From positions 512,001 through 576,000 of the forward strand of contig OZ245742.1 of assembly GCA_965227295.1 (NCBI GenBank): a stretch of 64,000 bases of DNA, written 5' to 3'. Position 1 is the stretch's first letter. Each line of letters begins with the position of its first letter. Source of the stretch: Leptonemataceae bacterium (GTDB lineage: Bacteria > Spirochaetota > Leptospiria > Leptospirales > Leptonemataceae). Below the pieces are notes generated by a model, which ran no database searches, was not told the DNA's origin, and saw only the letters and a program-made list of their open reading frames with translations. Positions 17,978 to 27,518 of this stretch are shown piece by piece. A program made the position numbers and the translations under genes.

Positions 17978-18071
17978 GAAGTCACCGGCATCTCCGGCCT
18001 CGGCTCGCAACTCACGGGCATGTTGCAGAAGCAGATGGCAAAGAAAGCCGCGCGCAACGGGCCGATGGGCA
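17978..18071 (+). pseudogene. 94-bp internal fragment of the large Hint protein gene (third, vestigial cassette)
   Basis: Matches 3254-3347 and 12412-12505, and encodes EVTGISGLGSQLTGMLQKQMAKKAARNGPMG. Confidence 0.9.
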
Positions 18072-18209
18072 CCTTACCAGGCATCAGTCTTTTCTTTTCT
18101 CCGACGAAACTCGAAAGTACCGAAAGATTGACGTCCACGAAACCGTAGCACAAAAGATCCATCGGCGCGCCGATGAAGCCGTTGCCACGCCGAAGGAGAC
18201 GAACACGAA

Positions 18210-18923
18210 TTGCGCCACACCCTCCTCCCGGCCCTCCTCTTCCTCGTCGCCTGTCACGCCGGCAATCCCCTGGTCCGTCCGGACGATCCCGGAAATCCGG
18301 ACGCCGCTTACGTAGTCTTCCGCCTCGTCTACGGACACGGCGAGACGCCGTTGCATTTCGGAAACTACTTCCGCGAGCGCATGCGGCGTTACGTGCCCGT
18401 GTCGCAGCCCATCCACAATTACGCGTCAACCCTGGCGATCACCAGCCCGTACGGCCGCCGGCACAAACTCGAGGTCCAGAACGAATGGTACATCCTGCGA
18501 TTTGAGGACGGCGGCAGCGGACGCAGCGTCTATCTGCGCGAACTACAGGCACAACTCACGTACAGCGGCAGCGAAATCGCCGGGAACCCGTTCACCGAAC
18601 TATTCACGGCGGAACGATCCTTTCGTTACGAAGAAGTACGCCAGGGCGAAACAACCGTACGCCAGGAAGTTCCCATCGTGCGGTTCACAAAAACGATTCC
18701 CATTCATACAACCATCGCCGTACTCCCGCGCACCCTGGTCTACGGCGGCGATCTCTACATCAGCGAAGATCCGCAACGACCGAATACAGACTTGCGCTGT
18801 AGATGGGAACCGGGTATGAATGACGAAACTCTGCGCCGCTTCTTAAGCGAACGTTATCTTTACACCGGGCTCGCGGACTTACCCCGCCGGCACCGTCCCA
18901 TGCAGAGCCCCTGTCAGTCATGA
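18210..18923 (+). CDS. Hypothetical lipoprotein
   Basis: Signal with lipobox LLFLVA-C. AAGGAG upstream. Overlaps the next gene at ATGA. Confidence 0.7.
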   Translation: MRHTLLPALLFLVACHAGNPLVRPDDPGNPDAAYVVFRLVYGHGETPLHFGNYFRERMRRYVPVSQPIHNYASTLAITSPYGRRHKLEVQNEWYILRFEDGGSGRSVYLRELQAQLTYSGSEIAGNPFTELFTAERSFRYEEVRQGETTVRQEVPIVRFTKTIPIHTTIAVLPRTLVYGGDLYISEDPQRPNTDLRCRWEPGMNDETLRRFLSERYLYTGLADLPRRHRPMQSPCQS

Positions 18924-19582
18924 AGCATCTCAACTTTCTCATCCAACCATCCGCGTACTTCGCAAACACCCACACGCCGCGCGCCGGCTTTCTCATCGTC
19001 GGTATCGTCATCGGCGTCATGACGCTGCTCGTGCTCATCAGCGAGTTTCTGCCGCGCGTGGAGTCCTCCGCGACGGACGGCTCCGCAAATTCAGAACAGT
19101 TCGAGGAAATCCGCAACTCCGCGGACTTCGATCTGCCGCCGACTGCCGGTGCTTCGCGCTGGTACGTGAAGCCGTTGTTCTTTCCAATTTTGTGGATGAT
19201 CTTTCTTGCGTACTGCAGTGGGGCGCGTCTGCTCTTCGCAACGATTCTCGGCGAAACGAAGGCCGCGGGCCGCGGCCTGCTTGCGAGCGGCAGCGTCAGC
19301 GTTCTCGCCGCCGTGCCCATCGTCATTGCCGGCGGTCTCCTGAGCGCGTACACCACAATCGTCCCGCACGGCAGCCTGGCCGGCGGCGACGTTGCGGACC
19401 TGGCCGCGCGGCTCTCGCTCAGCTTCGGCGCGTTGTTTCTCGCGTTTCTGTGGGAAGGGCTGATCGCCGTCGCCGGTTACCGCGCGGTACTGGAACAGAA
19501 TCGCGGCCGGGCCGTGCTCATGTGGCTCGTCCCGTACTTCGGCTGCGTCGGAATTGCGATTCTGTTGAATCTCTTCACATAA
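18920..19582 (+). CDS. Yip1-like multi-pass membrane protein
   Basis: Five hydrophobic segments, N-terminal LIQPSAYF, and translational coupling. Confidence 0.6.
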   Translation: MKHLNFLIQPSAYFANTHTPRAGFLIVGIVIGVMTLLVLISEFLPRVESSATDGSANSEQFEEIRNSADFDLPPTAGASRWYVKPLFFPILWMIFLAYCSGARLLFATILGETKAAGRGLLASGSVSVLAAVPIVIAGGLLSAYTTIVPHGSLAGGDVADLAARLSLSFGALFLAFLWEGLIAVAGYRAVLEQNRGRAVLMWLVPYFGCVGIAILLNLFT

Positions 19583-19648
19583 TCCGGGACGCTCCGTCCC
19601 CTAAAAGAACGCTTGCATCGGCCGTGTACACGCCGGACATTGGAACGG

Positions 19649-20221
19649 ATGCGGAAGATCCTGCTCCTCGTCGCCGCGGCGCTCACGGCCGCCGTCTCCC
19701 TCGTTGCCGACTACGGAAGCTCCCGCTACCTCAATCACGACTACAGCGTCTACGTACCGGCCCATCCGGAGACCGTCGCGAGTTTCATCCTCGATCCGTC
19801 CCGGCAGGCCGAGTGGGTCCGCGTGCCGCGCTTTCGTCTACAGCGGGTCGAGGTCGTCGACGCCGACGCCGGCCAATTGATCTACCACCTCAATCCCGAA
19901 TCCCCGGGGCCCGGCACGCCTCCGAACGTTGCGGTTCCCGTCGAAAGCCGACGCGTGGATCTGCCCGGACGCGTGCGCATTCTCTTCATATTACAGTATC
20001 CGGGCGGACCGAACGGCGAGACGATGCTGGTCTATCAGTTCCAGTTAAAACAGGTCAACGATCTCACCTACGTGAACCTCCTGTTAAGTGAGGACCAGAA
20101 GGAGTACGCCCTGGCTTACAAGATTCTGCAACGCAAGCCACGCCTGGACGAACTCGAACCGGCCGGCCGGGCCACTCAGAAAAATCTGCTGCGCATCATT
20201 GAAGCCGGAGCCGCGCGGTGA
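19649..20221 (+). CDS. Exported hypothetical protein, possibly SRPBCC/START-like (paralog of 21513)
   Basis: Signal MRKILLLVAAAL. VPAHPETVASFILD..RQAEW and LLLSED match the 21513 ORF. Confidence 0.6.
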   Translation: MRKILLLVAAALTAAVSLVADYGSSRYLNHDYSVYVPAHPETVASFILDPSRQAEWVRVPRFRLQRVEVVDADAGQLIYHLNPESPGPGTPPNVAVPVESRRVDLPGRVRILFILQYPGGPNGETMLVYQFQLKQVNDLTYVNLLLSEDQKEYALAYKILQRKPRLDELEPAGRATQKNLLRIIEAGAAR

Positions 20222-21516
20222 ACGAAGTCCCGAACAAAACCGTGCGCCCCCTGGACGTAATCTTGCTCATCGCCTGCGGGCTGATCGCGCTCTCCGCCAT
20301 TACGCATCGTTTCGCCACGACGTTCATGGGCGGCCAGCCGGACTTCATCCCCGTCTACGTCGCCGCACAACTCTACAATCGCGGGGACATCGCGGCGATC
20401 TACGATCACACACCCTACGGAACGCACAAGGCCGACGAGTGGGTCGAGGTGGAAAGCCAGGTGCCTAACGGCAACTGGCAGACGGTTTATCCGTACGCGC
20501 CGGTCTATCTGCTGCCCGTCGCGGCGCTGGTACAGTTCGTCAGTTATCATACCGCGGTCATCGTGCTCTACAGCTTCAACGCGGCCCTGGTGCTCGGGCT
20601 CTCCGTGGGCCTGGCCTTATATCTGCCGTTGCCGAACATTACGGCCCGGGCGGCCCTGGTCATCTTTCTCTGCACGGCCCATGCCGCGGTGAACGTGCTC
20701 TGGCTCGGCCAGAACTTCATGGTCTGCCTGCTGGGACTCGCGCTCTTCGGACGGGATTATCTGCACGGACAAACCTGGCGCGCCGCGCTCTGGTTTTTAC
20801 TGGCCAACGTTTCGAAACCCTGGGCCGCCGCGTTTCTCCTGTTGCCGTTCCTGCGCCGCGACTACAAAAGCACCGCGCTCTACGGCGGCGCGTTGCTGTT
20901 CTTCTTTGGCGTCCAGTACCTCTGGCAACCCGAGCTCGTACAGGGATACATCGAAATCACGCGATCGCATACGGGCATTACGATTCTGGCCGCGAACAAT
21001 CACAGCCTCTCCGCCGGACTCACGCGTTTGCTGGTCCCGGGCTGGACCGCGTTCTACGACTGGACCAACGCCGGGGCGGAGTTTTTCAGCGCGAAGTTCA
21101 TTCGCTACGCGCTGATTCCGCCGGTGGTGCTGGTCGGCTGGATCACCCGGGACGATCGCCTGCGCGCCCATGCCACGGTGCTCACGCTCTTTTTACTCGG
21201 GAACGTATTCTGGGATTTTTACGGCCTGCTCATGTTGCCCTTCGTCATGTACACGATCGTCGAAACCAGACAGCCCGCCTACCGCGTATTGCTTCTGATC
21301 GGCGTGTTCATCACCTACTGGCTTTCCCACATCGTCGTGTATCAAATCGCCGCGGAGACTTTGCTCAGTCGCGTTAGCTTACGCCAGGCAGAAGTTACCG
21401 TCGCACTCTACTCATTGGTACCCGCCGCGCTCTACGGTTTCTCGTTCGTGCATCACATCCGGCGGAGCGGCAAACTCAACTGGCGCGAGCGCCTCTTTGA
21501 TTTTCGGTCCGCATGA
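20218..21516 (+). CDS. GT87/DUF2029-like polytopic membrane glycosyltransferase (GT-C fold)
   Basis: DF...Y.AA, YPYAP, LGQN, KP and NHSL motifs, with many TM helices. Confidence 0.7.
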   Translation: MNEVPNKTVRPLDVILLIACGLIALSAITHRFATTFMGGQPDFIPVYVAAQLYNRGDIAAIYDHTPYGTHKADEWVEVESQVPNGNWQTVYPYAPVYLLPVAALVQFVSYHTAVIVLYSFNAALVLGLSVGLALYLPLPNITARAALVIFLCTAHAAVNVLWLGQNFMVCLLGLALFGRDYLHGQTWRAALWFLLANVSKPWAAAFLLLPFLRRDYKSTALYGGALLFFFGVQYLWQPELVQGYIEITRSHTGITILAANNHSLSAGLTRLLVPGWTAFYDWTNAGAEFFSAKFIRYALIPPVVLVGWITRDDRLRAHATVLTLFLLGNVFWDFYGLLMLPFVMYTIVETRQPAYRVLLLIGVFITYWLSHIVVYQIAAETLLSRVSLRQAEVTVALYSLVPAALYGFSFVHHIRRSGKLNWRERLFDFRSA

Positions 21517-22061
21517 TGCAGCGTTATCTGCCGACATACCTCATCGTGCTCGCCGTCTGCGGTGGCACCTACGCGGTGACGAACTACCAGCAGGCCGGTA
21601 TGTTCATGGATCGCCGGGTCTACGCCGATGTCGCACCGGCCGTCGTCGCGGATACGATCTTCGACGTACGCACGCACCGGAACTGGCTGCGTATTCCGGA
21701 GCATACGATCACGAGCGCCGCACGTACCGAGGCCGGGCACGGCGTCGATTACACCCTGGCACCGAACGACGGCGGGGCGGAAATTACGGCGCGGGCGGAG
21801 CTCCAGGCCATCAACGAGGATCGACACCACATCGCACTGATCCTTCCCGTAGCCGACCGGCGCTACGCCTACCGCTTCGTACTCAAGGCCGTGGGCGAGC
21901 GCACCGTCATCCAGATGCTGCTCAGTGAAGACCTGAGCCGCACGTCCGCGGAGCGCCGGTTGTTTCCGCATCTCGTTTTGCCCCTGCTCGAAGACGTCAC
22001 CGAAGACAGCCAGAACGCCCTGCTGGAATTCCTGGCGACACGCTCCGGAGACAACGAATGA
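21513..22061 (+). CDS. Exported hypothetical protein, paralog of 19649
   Basis: N-terminal hydrophobic anchor, ADVAPAVVADTIFD..HRNW and MLLSED. Confidence 0.6.
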   Translation: MMQRYLPTYLIVLAVCGGTYAVTNYQQAGMFMDRRVYADVAPAVVADTIFDVRTHRNWLRIPEHTITSAARTEAGHGVDYTLAPNDGGAEITARAELQAINEDRHHIALILPVADRRYAYRFVLKAVGERTVIQMLLSEDLSRTSAERRLFPHLVLPLLEDVTEDSQNALLEFLATRSGDNE

Positions 22062-23338
22062 GCGCGCAATTCCGTCAGAACGCGTTCTTGCTGGCGTGCG
22101 TACTCACGGCCTTAGCTCCGTTTCTGTACAACTTAAGCTACTCCCGCAGCGTCGGCCAGACGGACCTCGTGCCCGTCATCACCGCGGCGCACCTCTTTAA
22201 CGCGGGGGAGTACGCCGCCATCTACGACCACGCCCCGTACGAAAATACCACGCCCGAGGCCTGGATCGCAGTCGAAAAGACGCTGCCCAACGGCACCTGG
22301 CAGACGGTCTATCCGTACACCCCGGCCTACCTGCTGCCGTTCGCGCTGCTGGTCCGTCTGTTCGAGTACATGACCGTCGTACAAATCGTATTTCTCCTGA
22401 ACTTAGCGATCGTCGGCGCCGGGGCCGTCCTCGCCGCGCGTCGGCTGAGTGATCGGCCGCTGGTCCAGGGCCTGGTCATCTGGTTCATTTGCTCGTCCAC
22501 GGCGGCCGGCGCGCCGGTAAAACTCGGACAGAATTTTCTCATCTGTGCGGCGGCGCTCTACGGATTCACGACGGCCTACCTGAACGATCGCCGCGGCCGG
22601 GCCGTGCTCTGGTTTCTCATCGCCGCCGCGGCGAAACCCTGGGCCGCCGCGTTCTTAATGTTGCCGTTTCTGCGCCGCGACTACAAAAGCACCGCTCTCT
22701 TCGCCGGAACGCTCTGCGCTTTCGTCGGCGCCCAGTATCTCTGGAACCCCGAACTCTTTCACGGCTACATTCACATCACACGCTCGCATACGGCGCTGTC
22801 GATTCTCGCCGCGAACAATCACAGCCTCTCCGCCGGACTCACGCGCCTGCTCACTCCCGGCTGGCCCGCTTTTAACACCTACGCAAACGCCGGCGCCGAA
22901 ATGCTCGCCACGAAACTCATTCGTTACGCGCTCATCCTGCCGGTCATTGCGGCCGGCTGGATTGCCCGCCATGATCGCATCCGGGTGCAGGCGACGGTGA
23001 CGGTGATCTTTCTGCTCGGCAACGTGTTCTGGGATTTTTACGGCCTGCTGCTCATGCCGTTCTTTTTACTGACGGCGCTGGAAACGCGACATCGCGGCGC
23101 GGCCGTCCTGTGGTGGCTGCTCGGTTTCGCGACGTTGTGGATCTGGCACGCGCACATCTACGAGGCCGCCGCCCGACACCTGGTGTATCGCATGGAACTG
23201 CGCAGTGTCGAAATCATTGTGGCGTTGTACTCGCTGCTGCCCGCGGCCCTTTATCTGGGCATGTTCGTCGAACAATGCCGGCGCAACGACGTGTTTTCAC
23301 GGGGCTGGTTGCAGAGATTGTTTGTATTGCGAGATTAA
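22058..23338 (+). CDS. GT87/DUF2029-like membrane glycosyltransferase, paralog of 20218
   Basis: Shares WQTVYPY, LGQNF, KPWAAAFL, ILAANNHSLSAGLTRLL and GNVFWDFYGLL with 20218. Confidence 0.7.
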   Translation: MSAQFRQNAFLLACVLTALAPFLYNLSYSRSVGQTDLVPVITAAHLFNAGEYAAIYDHAPYENTTPEAWIAVEKTLPNGTWQTVYPYTPAYLLPFALLVRLFEYMTVVQIVFLLNLAIVGAGAVLAARRLSDRPLVQGLVIWFICSSTAAGAPVKLGQNFLICAAALYGFTTAYLNDRRGRAVLWFLIAAAAKPWAAAFLMLPFLRRDYKSTALFAGTLCAFVGAQYLWNPELFHGYIHITRSHTALSILAANNHSLSAGLTRLLTPGWPAFNTYANAGAEMLATKLIRYALILPVIAAGWIARHDRIRVQATVTVIFLLGNVFWDFYGLLLMPFFLLTALETRHRGAAVLWWLLGFATLWIWHAHIYEAAARHLVYRMELRSVEIIVALYSLLPAALYLGMFVEQCRRNDVFSRGWLQRLFVLRD

Positions 23339-23353
23339 GTTTGCAGGGTTGAT

Positions 23354-24283
23354 TCATCGCGCAATCGCTTCGTAAAAAACGCCCGGGTGTTCCCGGTACA
23401 TCGCCTCGCGGCCGTAGCGCTGCACGAAGTTCGCCCGTGCGTAGTTCGCGTTGCGCTCGTGATCCTCGTAAGCGACGGCGAACGTAAGTTTAGAGCGCGT
23501 CCAGTCGAACACGAAGAAGTAGTCGTCCGTATTCGCGGGACGCAGCGCCGCGGCCAGGGCGCCGTCGCTGAAGAACGCGATGGGCGTCGGCGGCAGACCG
23601 CGGCGGCGATAGGCGTTGTACGGCGAGTCGAACTTCAGATCGTCCAGCAACAGGAACGCGCGATGATAACCCAGGGCATACTCCACGGTCGGGCACGACC
23701 CCAGGTAATCGTTCTTCGCCAGGCGATTCACAAAAACCGAGGCCACACGTTCGTAACGCCGATTCGCCACGGCCTCTTTCTCGACGATGCTCGCGAGGAC
23801 CAGGCGTTCGTACGGGCTCAGTTGCAATCGCGGCGCGCCGGCACCGGCGGCGTTCTCCATTCCCGCGAATCGAGCGGCACCGCGTTCCAGCATCGCGCGC
23901 AGCATGTCCGGCGCGCGCTCCCCGGCTTCGAAACGATATCGTCCGGGTACAAACAATCCTTCGAAGCGAGCCAGGGCGTCCGGCGCGCCCTCCGTGAGAG
24001 CCGGCGGCGTGTAGGGCAGGCCGTCGAAGATCGCGTTGTCCCGCGCGATTTCGGCGACGACGGAACAACGGAGCGGCGTATCATCCAGGCGCGCGCACCA
24101 TCGCGAGACTCGTTCGCCCGCGCGGATTTCGAAATCCAGCGGGCCTCCGGCAATGTACTCCGGCGGATCGGCCTCGCCGCAGGTACACAGTGCGATCAGC
24201 AGAAAAATCGGACCGGTGGTCCACTTTTTCCGGGATTCGGACCACCTGGTAAAAAAACGGTTGCATCGAAACGGAAACATCAT
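23354..24283 (-). CDS. mltG: Endolytic transglycosylase MltG-like protein (start uncertain)
   Basis: EGLF.P..Y, LASIVEKEA, VASVFVNRL, SPYNAY...GLPPTPI and AALRPA..DYFFFV. Confidence 0.75.
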   Translation of the reverse strand: MMFPFRCNRFFTRWSESRKKWTTGPIFLLIALCTCGEADPPEYIAGGPLDFEIRAGERVSRWCARLDDTPLRCSVVAEIARDNAIFDGLPYTPPALTEGAPDALARFEGLFVPGRYRFEAGERAPDMLRAMLERGAARFAGMENAAGAGAPRLQLSPYERLVLASIVEKEAVANRRYERVASVFVNRLAKNDYLGSCPTVEYALGYHRAFLLLDDLKFDSPYNAYRRRGLPPTPIAFFSDGALAAALRPANTDDYFFVFDWTRSKLTFAVAYEDHERNANYARANFVQRYGREAMYREHPGVFYEAIAR

Positions 24284-24317
24284 TCTATTCCGGGTAACAT
24301 CTTTCCGGGAGACCAGC

Positions 24318-25787
24318 GTGGCAAACGAAACTCACAAGCAACACGGCATCGCCGTTGCCGGCGTACCGAACACTTCCGCCGATGATATCCGGCGCACCTT
24401 CGAGCTACAGCGTCCCGTGCGCATCGCCCTGCGTTCCAGCACGGCGAAGCAGCGCATCCGGAAACTCAAGGCCCTCAAGAAAGCCGTCCTGTCCACGAAA
24501 CACGAACTCGAACAGGCCCTGGTGGACGACTTCCGCAAACCGCCCGTGGAAACCGACCTCACCGAAACCATGCTGGTCATCTCCGAAATCAACGCCGCCG
24601 TGCGCGAGCTGCGCCACTGGATGCGTCCGCAACGCGTGGGCACGCCCATGACCCTGCTGGGCACCCGTTCCGAGCTGCGCTACGAACCCCGCGGCACCGT
24701 GCTCATCATCGCCCCGTGGAACTATCCGTTCCAGCTCGCGCTCGCGCCGCTGGTGGCGTCCATCGCCGCGGGCAACACAAACATCGTCAAACCGTCCGAG
24801 TTTACGCCGCATACGTCGGCCTACATTAAGAAACTCATCGCCATGGTTTTTACGGAGGACGAGTGCGCCGTCCTGGAAGGCGACCACACGGTTTCGCAGG
24901 AACTGCTCAAGCTCCCGTTCGATCACATCGTGTTCACCGGCTCCACGAACATCGGCAAAGTGGTCATGGAGGCCGCCTCTAAACATCTGTCCACCGTAAC
25001 CTTAGAACTGGGCGGCAAATCACCGGCAATCATCGACGACACGGCGGACCTCAAGACCGCGGCGAAACGCATCATGTGGGGTAAGTTCGTGAACGGCGGA
25101 CAAACCTGCGTGGCCCCGGACTACGTGCTCATCCCCGACGATCGCGTCGACGAGTTCGTGCAGCACGCGTCATACTGGACCGAGGAATACTACGGCAAAC
25201 ACGGCGCGGAGCTCCAGCAGAGCGCCGACTTCTGCCGCATCATCAGCAAGAAGCACTACCAGCGTCTCACCGGTCTTTTGCACGAGGCCATGGAAGGCGG
25301 CGCGAAGGTCGCCATGGGCGGCGAAACGGACGGCGACGAAAACTACATCGCGCCCACCATCCTCACCGGCATCACACCGGACGCGAAAATCATGCAGGAA
25401 GAAATCTTCGGGCCCATCCTCCCGGTGCTCACGTACCGCAAGCTGGAAGATGCGCTGGCCTTCATCAACGAACGCGACAAACCCCTGGCCATGTACATCT
25501 TTTCGCACAGGGACCGAACCATCGAAACCATGCTTAAGGCCACGTCCTCGGGCGGCACGGTAATCAACGACACGCTCATCCACGCGGCGAACCACCACCT
25601 GCCCTTCGGCGGTGTCAACCACAGCGGCCACGGCTCGTATCACGGCTTCTTCGGATTCCGGGAGCTCTCCCACGAACGCGCGGTATTGCGGCAGTCCCGT
25701 TTCTTTTCGGCGCTGGACCTCCTGTACCCGCCGTACACCGGTTTCGCAAAACGCGTGGCTGATCTCACCCGGCGCTTCTTAGTTTAA
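24318..25787 (+). CDS. Aldehyde dehydrogenase (ALDH3/fatty aldehyde type)
   Basis: PWNYP, KPSE, FTGS, LELGGKSP, GQTCVAPDY, EEIFGP and PFGGVNHSG. GTG start with a GGAGA RBS. Confidence 0.93.
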   Translation: MANETHKQHGIAVAGVPNTSADDIRRTFELQRPVRIALRSSTAKQRIRKLKALKKAVLSTKHELEQALVDDFRKPPVETDLTETMLVISEINAAVRELRHWMRPQRVGTPMTLLGTRSELRYEPRGTVLIIAPWNYPFQLALAPLVASIAAGNTNIVKPSEFTPHTSAYIKKLIAMVFTEDECAVLEGDHTVSQELLKLPFDHIVFTGSTNIGKVVMEAASKHLSTVTLELGGKSPAIIDDTADLKTAAKRIMWGKFVNGGQTCVAPDYVLIPDDRVDEFVQHASYWTEEYYGKHGAELQQSADFCRIISKKHYQRLTGLLHEAMEGGAKVAMGGETDGDENYIAPTILTGITPDAKIMQEEIFGPILPVLTYRKLEDALAFINERDKPLAMYIFSHRDRTIETMLKATSSGGTVINDTLIHAANHHLPFGGVNHSGHGSYHGFFGFRELSHERAVLRQSRFFSALDLLYPPYTGFAKRVADLTRRFLV

Positions 25788-25813
25788 GCTGCTTCGTAGT
25801 TAGCAACGGAACG

Positions 25814-26653
25814 ATGGGTTTTCGCTTCCGAACCGGCGCCGACGTTCCGCGCGAAGTGTACGGCGAGAACGGCGACGCAGCCTACCGCATCGTCTTCGTC
25901 TTCCAGAACGGCGCGCGCCTCATAGACCGCGAGCAGGGCGTAGAACAGGACGTCCCCGCCCCCGGCGCGGCCGCAATTCCACCGCACTGCGACGCGCGCA
26001 TCGAACTCACCGAACCGGCCGGCGCCGTGGTTCTCGAGTACACCGAGGATTTCTTCTGCCTGGGCGACGATCCGGCCGGCCGGCGTTCCACGCTGCTGGA
26101 GCATCCCGTCTTCCGGCAACCCACCGCCCTCGGGCTTCCGGAAACGTCCGTGACGTACCTGCGCGACGTCCTCGAACGATTGCGTGAGGACTGCGAAGAC
26201 GACGGCGAGCAGCGCGACGAACTCAGCCGGGCGCATCTTACAATCATCTTACTAAAACTCAGCAAGCTGGTACTAACGCCGCAACCGCTCACCGGCGACG
26301 CCGCCCTCGCTTCGAACCAGGACCGCGGCCGCTTCGAGGAATTTCGTCGATTGGTCGACGCCTCGTTTCGTGAACTGCACCGCCCGGGCGAGTACGCGGA
26401 TCGCCTCTTTTTATCGACGAAGTGCCTGAACGAAATCGTTCGCAAAATCGCCGGCAAGAATCCCACGCAGATGATTCAGGATCGTATCGTGCTGGAAGCG
26501 AAACGCGAACTGCGCAACGGAACGGCGGGAATAAAAGAGATCGCGCGCGACCTGGGCTTCGATGATCCGCAGTACTTCAGTCGTTGGTTCAAAAAAGCGA
26601 CCGGCCTCTCGCCCATGGAGTATCGAGACGATATTGTCCGCGGACGAGCATGA
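25814..26653 (+). CDS. AraC-family transcriptional regulator
   Basis: C-terminal IKEIARDLGFDDPQYFSRWFKKATGLSP. Confidence 0.9.
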   Translation: MGFRFRTGADVPREVYGENGDAAYRIVFVFQNGARLIDREQGVEQDVPAPGAAAIPPHCDARIELTEPAGAVVLEYTEDFFCLGDDPAGRRSTLLEHPVFRQPTALGLPETSVTYLRDVLERLREDCEDDGEQRDELSRAHLTIILLKLSKLVLTPQPLTGDAALASNQDRGRFEEFRRLVDASFRELHRPGEYADRLFLSTKCLNEIVRKIAGKNPTQMIQDRIVLEAKRELRNGTAGIKEIARDLGFDDPQYFSRWFKKATGLSPMEYRDDIVRGRA

Positions 26654-26662
26654 CCTCCCGGA

Positions 26663-26692
26663 ATTCGTCCACGTAAAACTCCGATTCGTCCA
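26663..26692 (+). promoter_or_regulatory. Candidate AraC-type binding site (direct repeat, 21-bp period) upstream of pirin
   Basis: attcgtcca at 26663-26671 and 26684-26692. Confidence 0.45.
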
Positions 26693-26754
26693 TGTCCGCT
26701 AATGCGACGTCCTCGTATCTTAAGCATCATAACGGCTGACAAACGGAGGACGTC

Positions 26755-27471
26755 ATGAAAACCATCGTACACAAAAGCGAAAGCCGCGGGGCCGCGGACT
26801 TCGGCTGGCTCAAAAGCCGCCACACGTTCAGCTTCGCGAACTACTACAATCCCGAGCGGATCCACTTCGGCATGCTGCGCGTTCTCAACGATGATCACGT
26901 CGCTCCCGGCGCCGGCTTCGACGCGCACCCGCACCGGGACATGGAAATCGTTTCGATTCCGCTGGCCGGGGCGCTGGAGCACAAGGACAGCATGGGCACC
27001 GGTTCGATCATCCGGCCGGACGAGGTGCAGATCATGTCGGCGGGCACGGGCATCGTGCACTCGGAGTACAACGCGTCCAGCGAAGAAGAAGTGAACTTCC
27101 TGCAAATCTGGGTGCTGCCGAAGCGCGCCGGCATCCCGCCGCGGTACGAACAAAAGCAGTACGCGCCGGAGGATCGCAAGAATCGTTTCGTCACCGTGGT
27201 GTCGCCGGAAGAAAACAGCGGCGGCGTCTGGATCAACCAGGACGCCTACTTTTCTCTGGGCGATTTCGACGCGGGCACGTCAACGGAGTACACGCTCAAG
27301 AACGCCGGCCACGGAGCGTACGTTTTCGTCATCCACAGTGACGGCGAGGTGCTTATCGCCGGAGAGTCCGCGGGCAAACGCGACGCCGTGGGTGTCTACG
27401 ACACCGAACGGTTCACCATCGAAGCGAAAGCCGCAAGCAGGCTGTTGGTGATCGAAGTGCCCATGAACTGA
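26755..27471 (+). CDS. Pirin family protein (YhhW-like)
   Basis: GWLKSRHTFSFA, LRVLNDD, HPHRDMEI, MSAGTGIVHSEYN and FLQIW. Confidence 0.93.
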   Translation: MKTIVHKSESRGAADFGWLKSRHTFSFANYYNPERIHFGMLRVLNDDHVAPGAGFDAHPHRDMEIVSIPLAGALEHKDSMGTGSIIRPDEVQIMSAGTGIVHSEYNASSEEEVNFLQIWVLPKRAGIPPRYEQKQYAPEDRKNRFVTVVSPEENSGGVWINQDAYFSLGDFDAGTSTEYTLKNAGHGAYVFVIHSDGEVLIAGESAGKRDAVGVYDTERFTIEAKAASRLLVIEVPMN

Positions 27472-27518
27472 GGCGAATAAACCTTGCATCAATCAGGCAT
27501 CCGGGCCTTATTGCCCGG

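Noticed and set aside
18160-18175. 16-bp palindrome catcggcgcgccgatg
   Set aside because: GC-rich, single copy and no T tract, so it cannot be told apart from chance.
24036-24317. N-terminal extension of ALDH
   Set aside because: It overlaps mltG on the opposite strand; GTG 24318 has an RBS.
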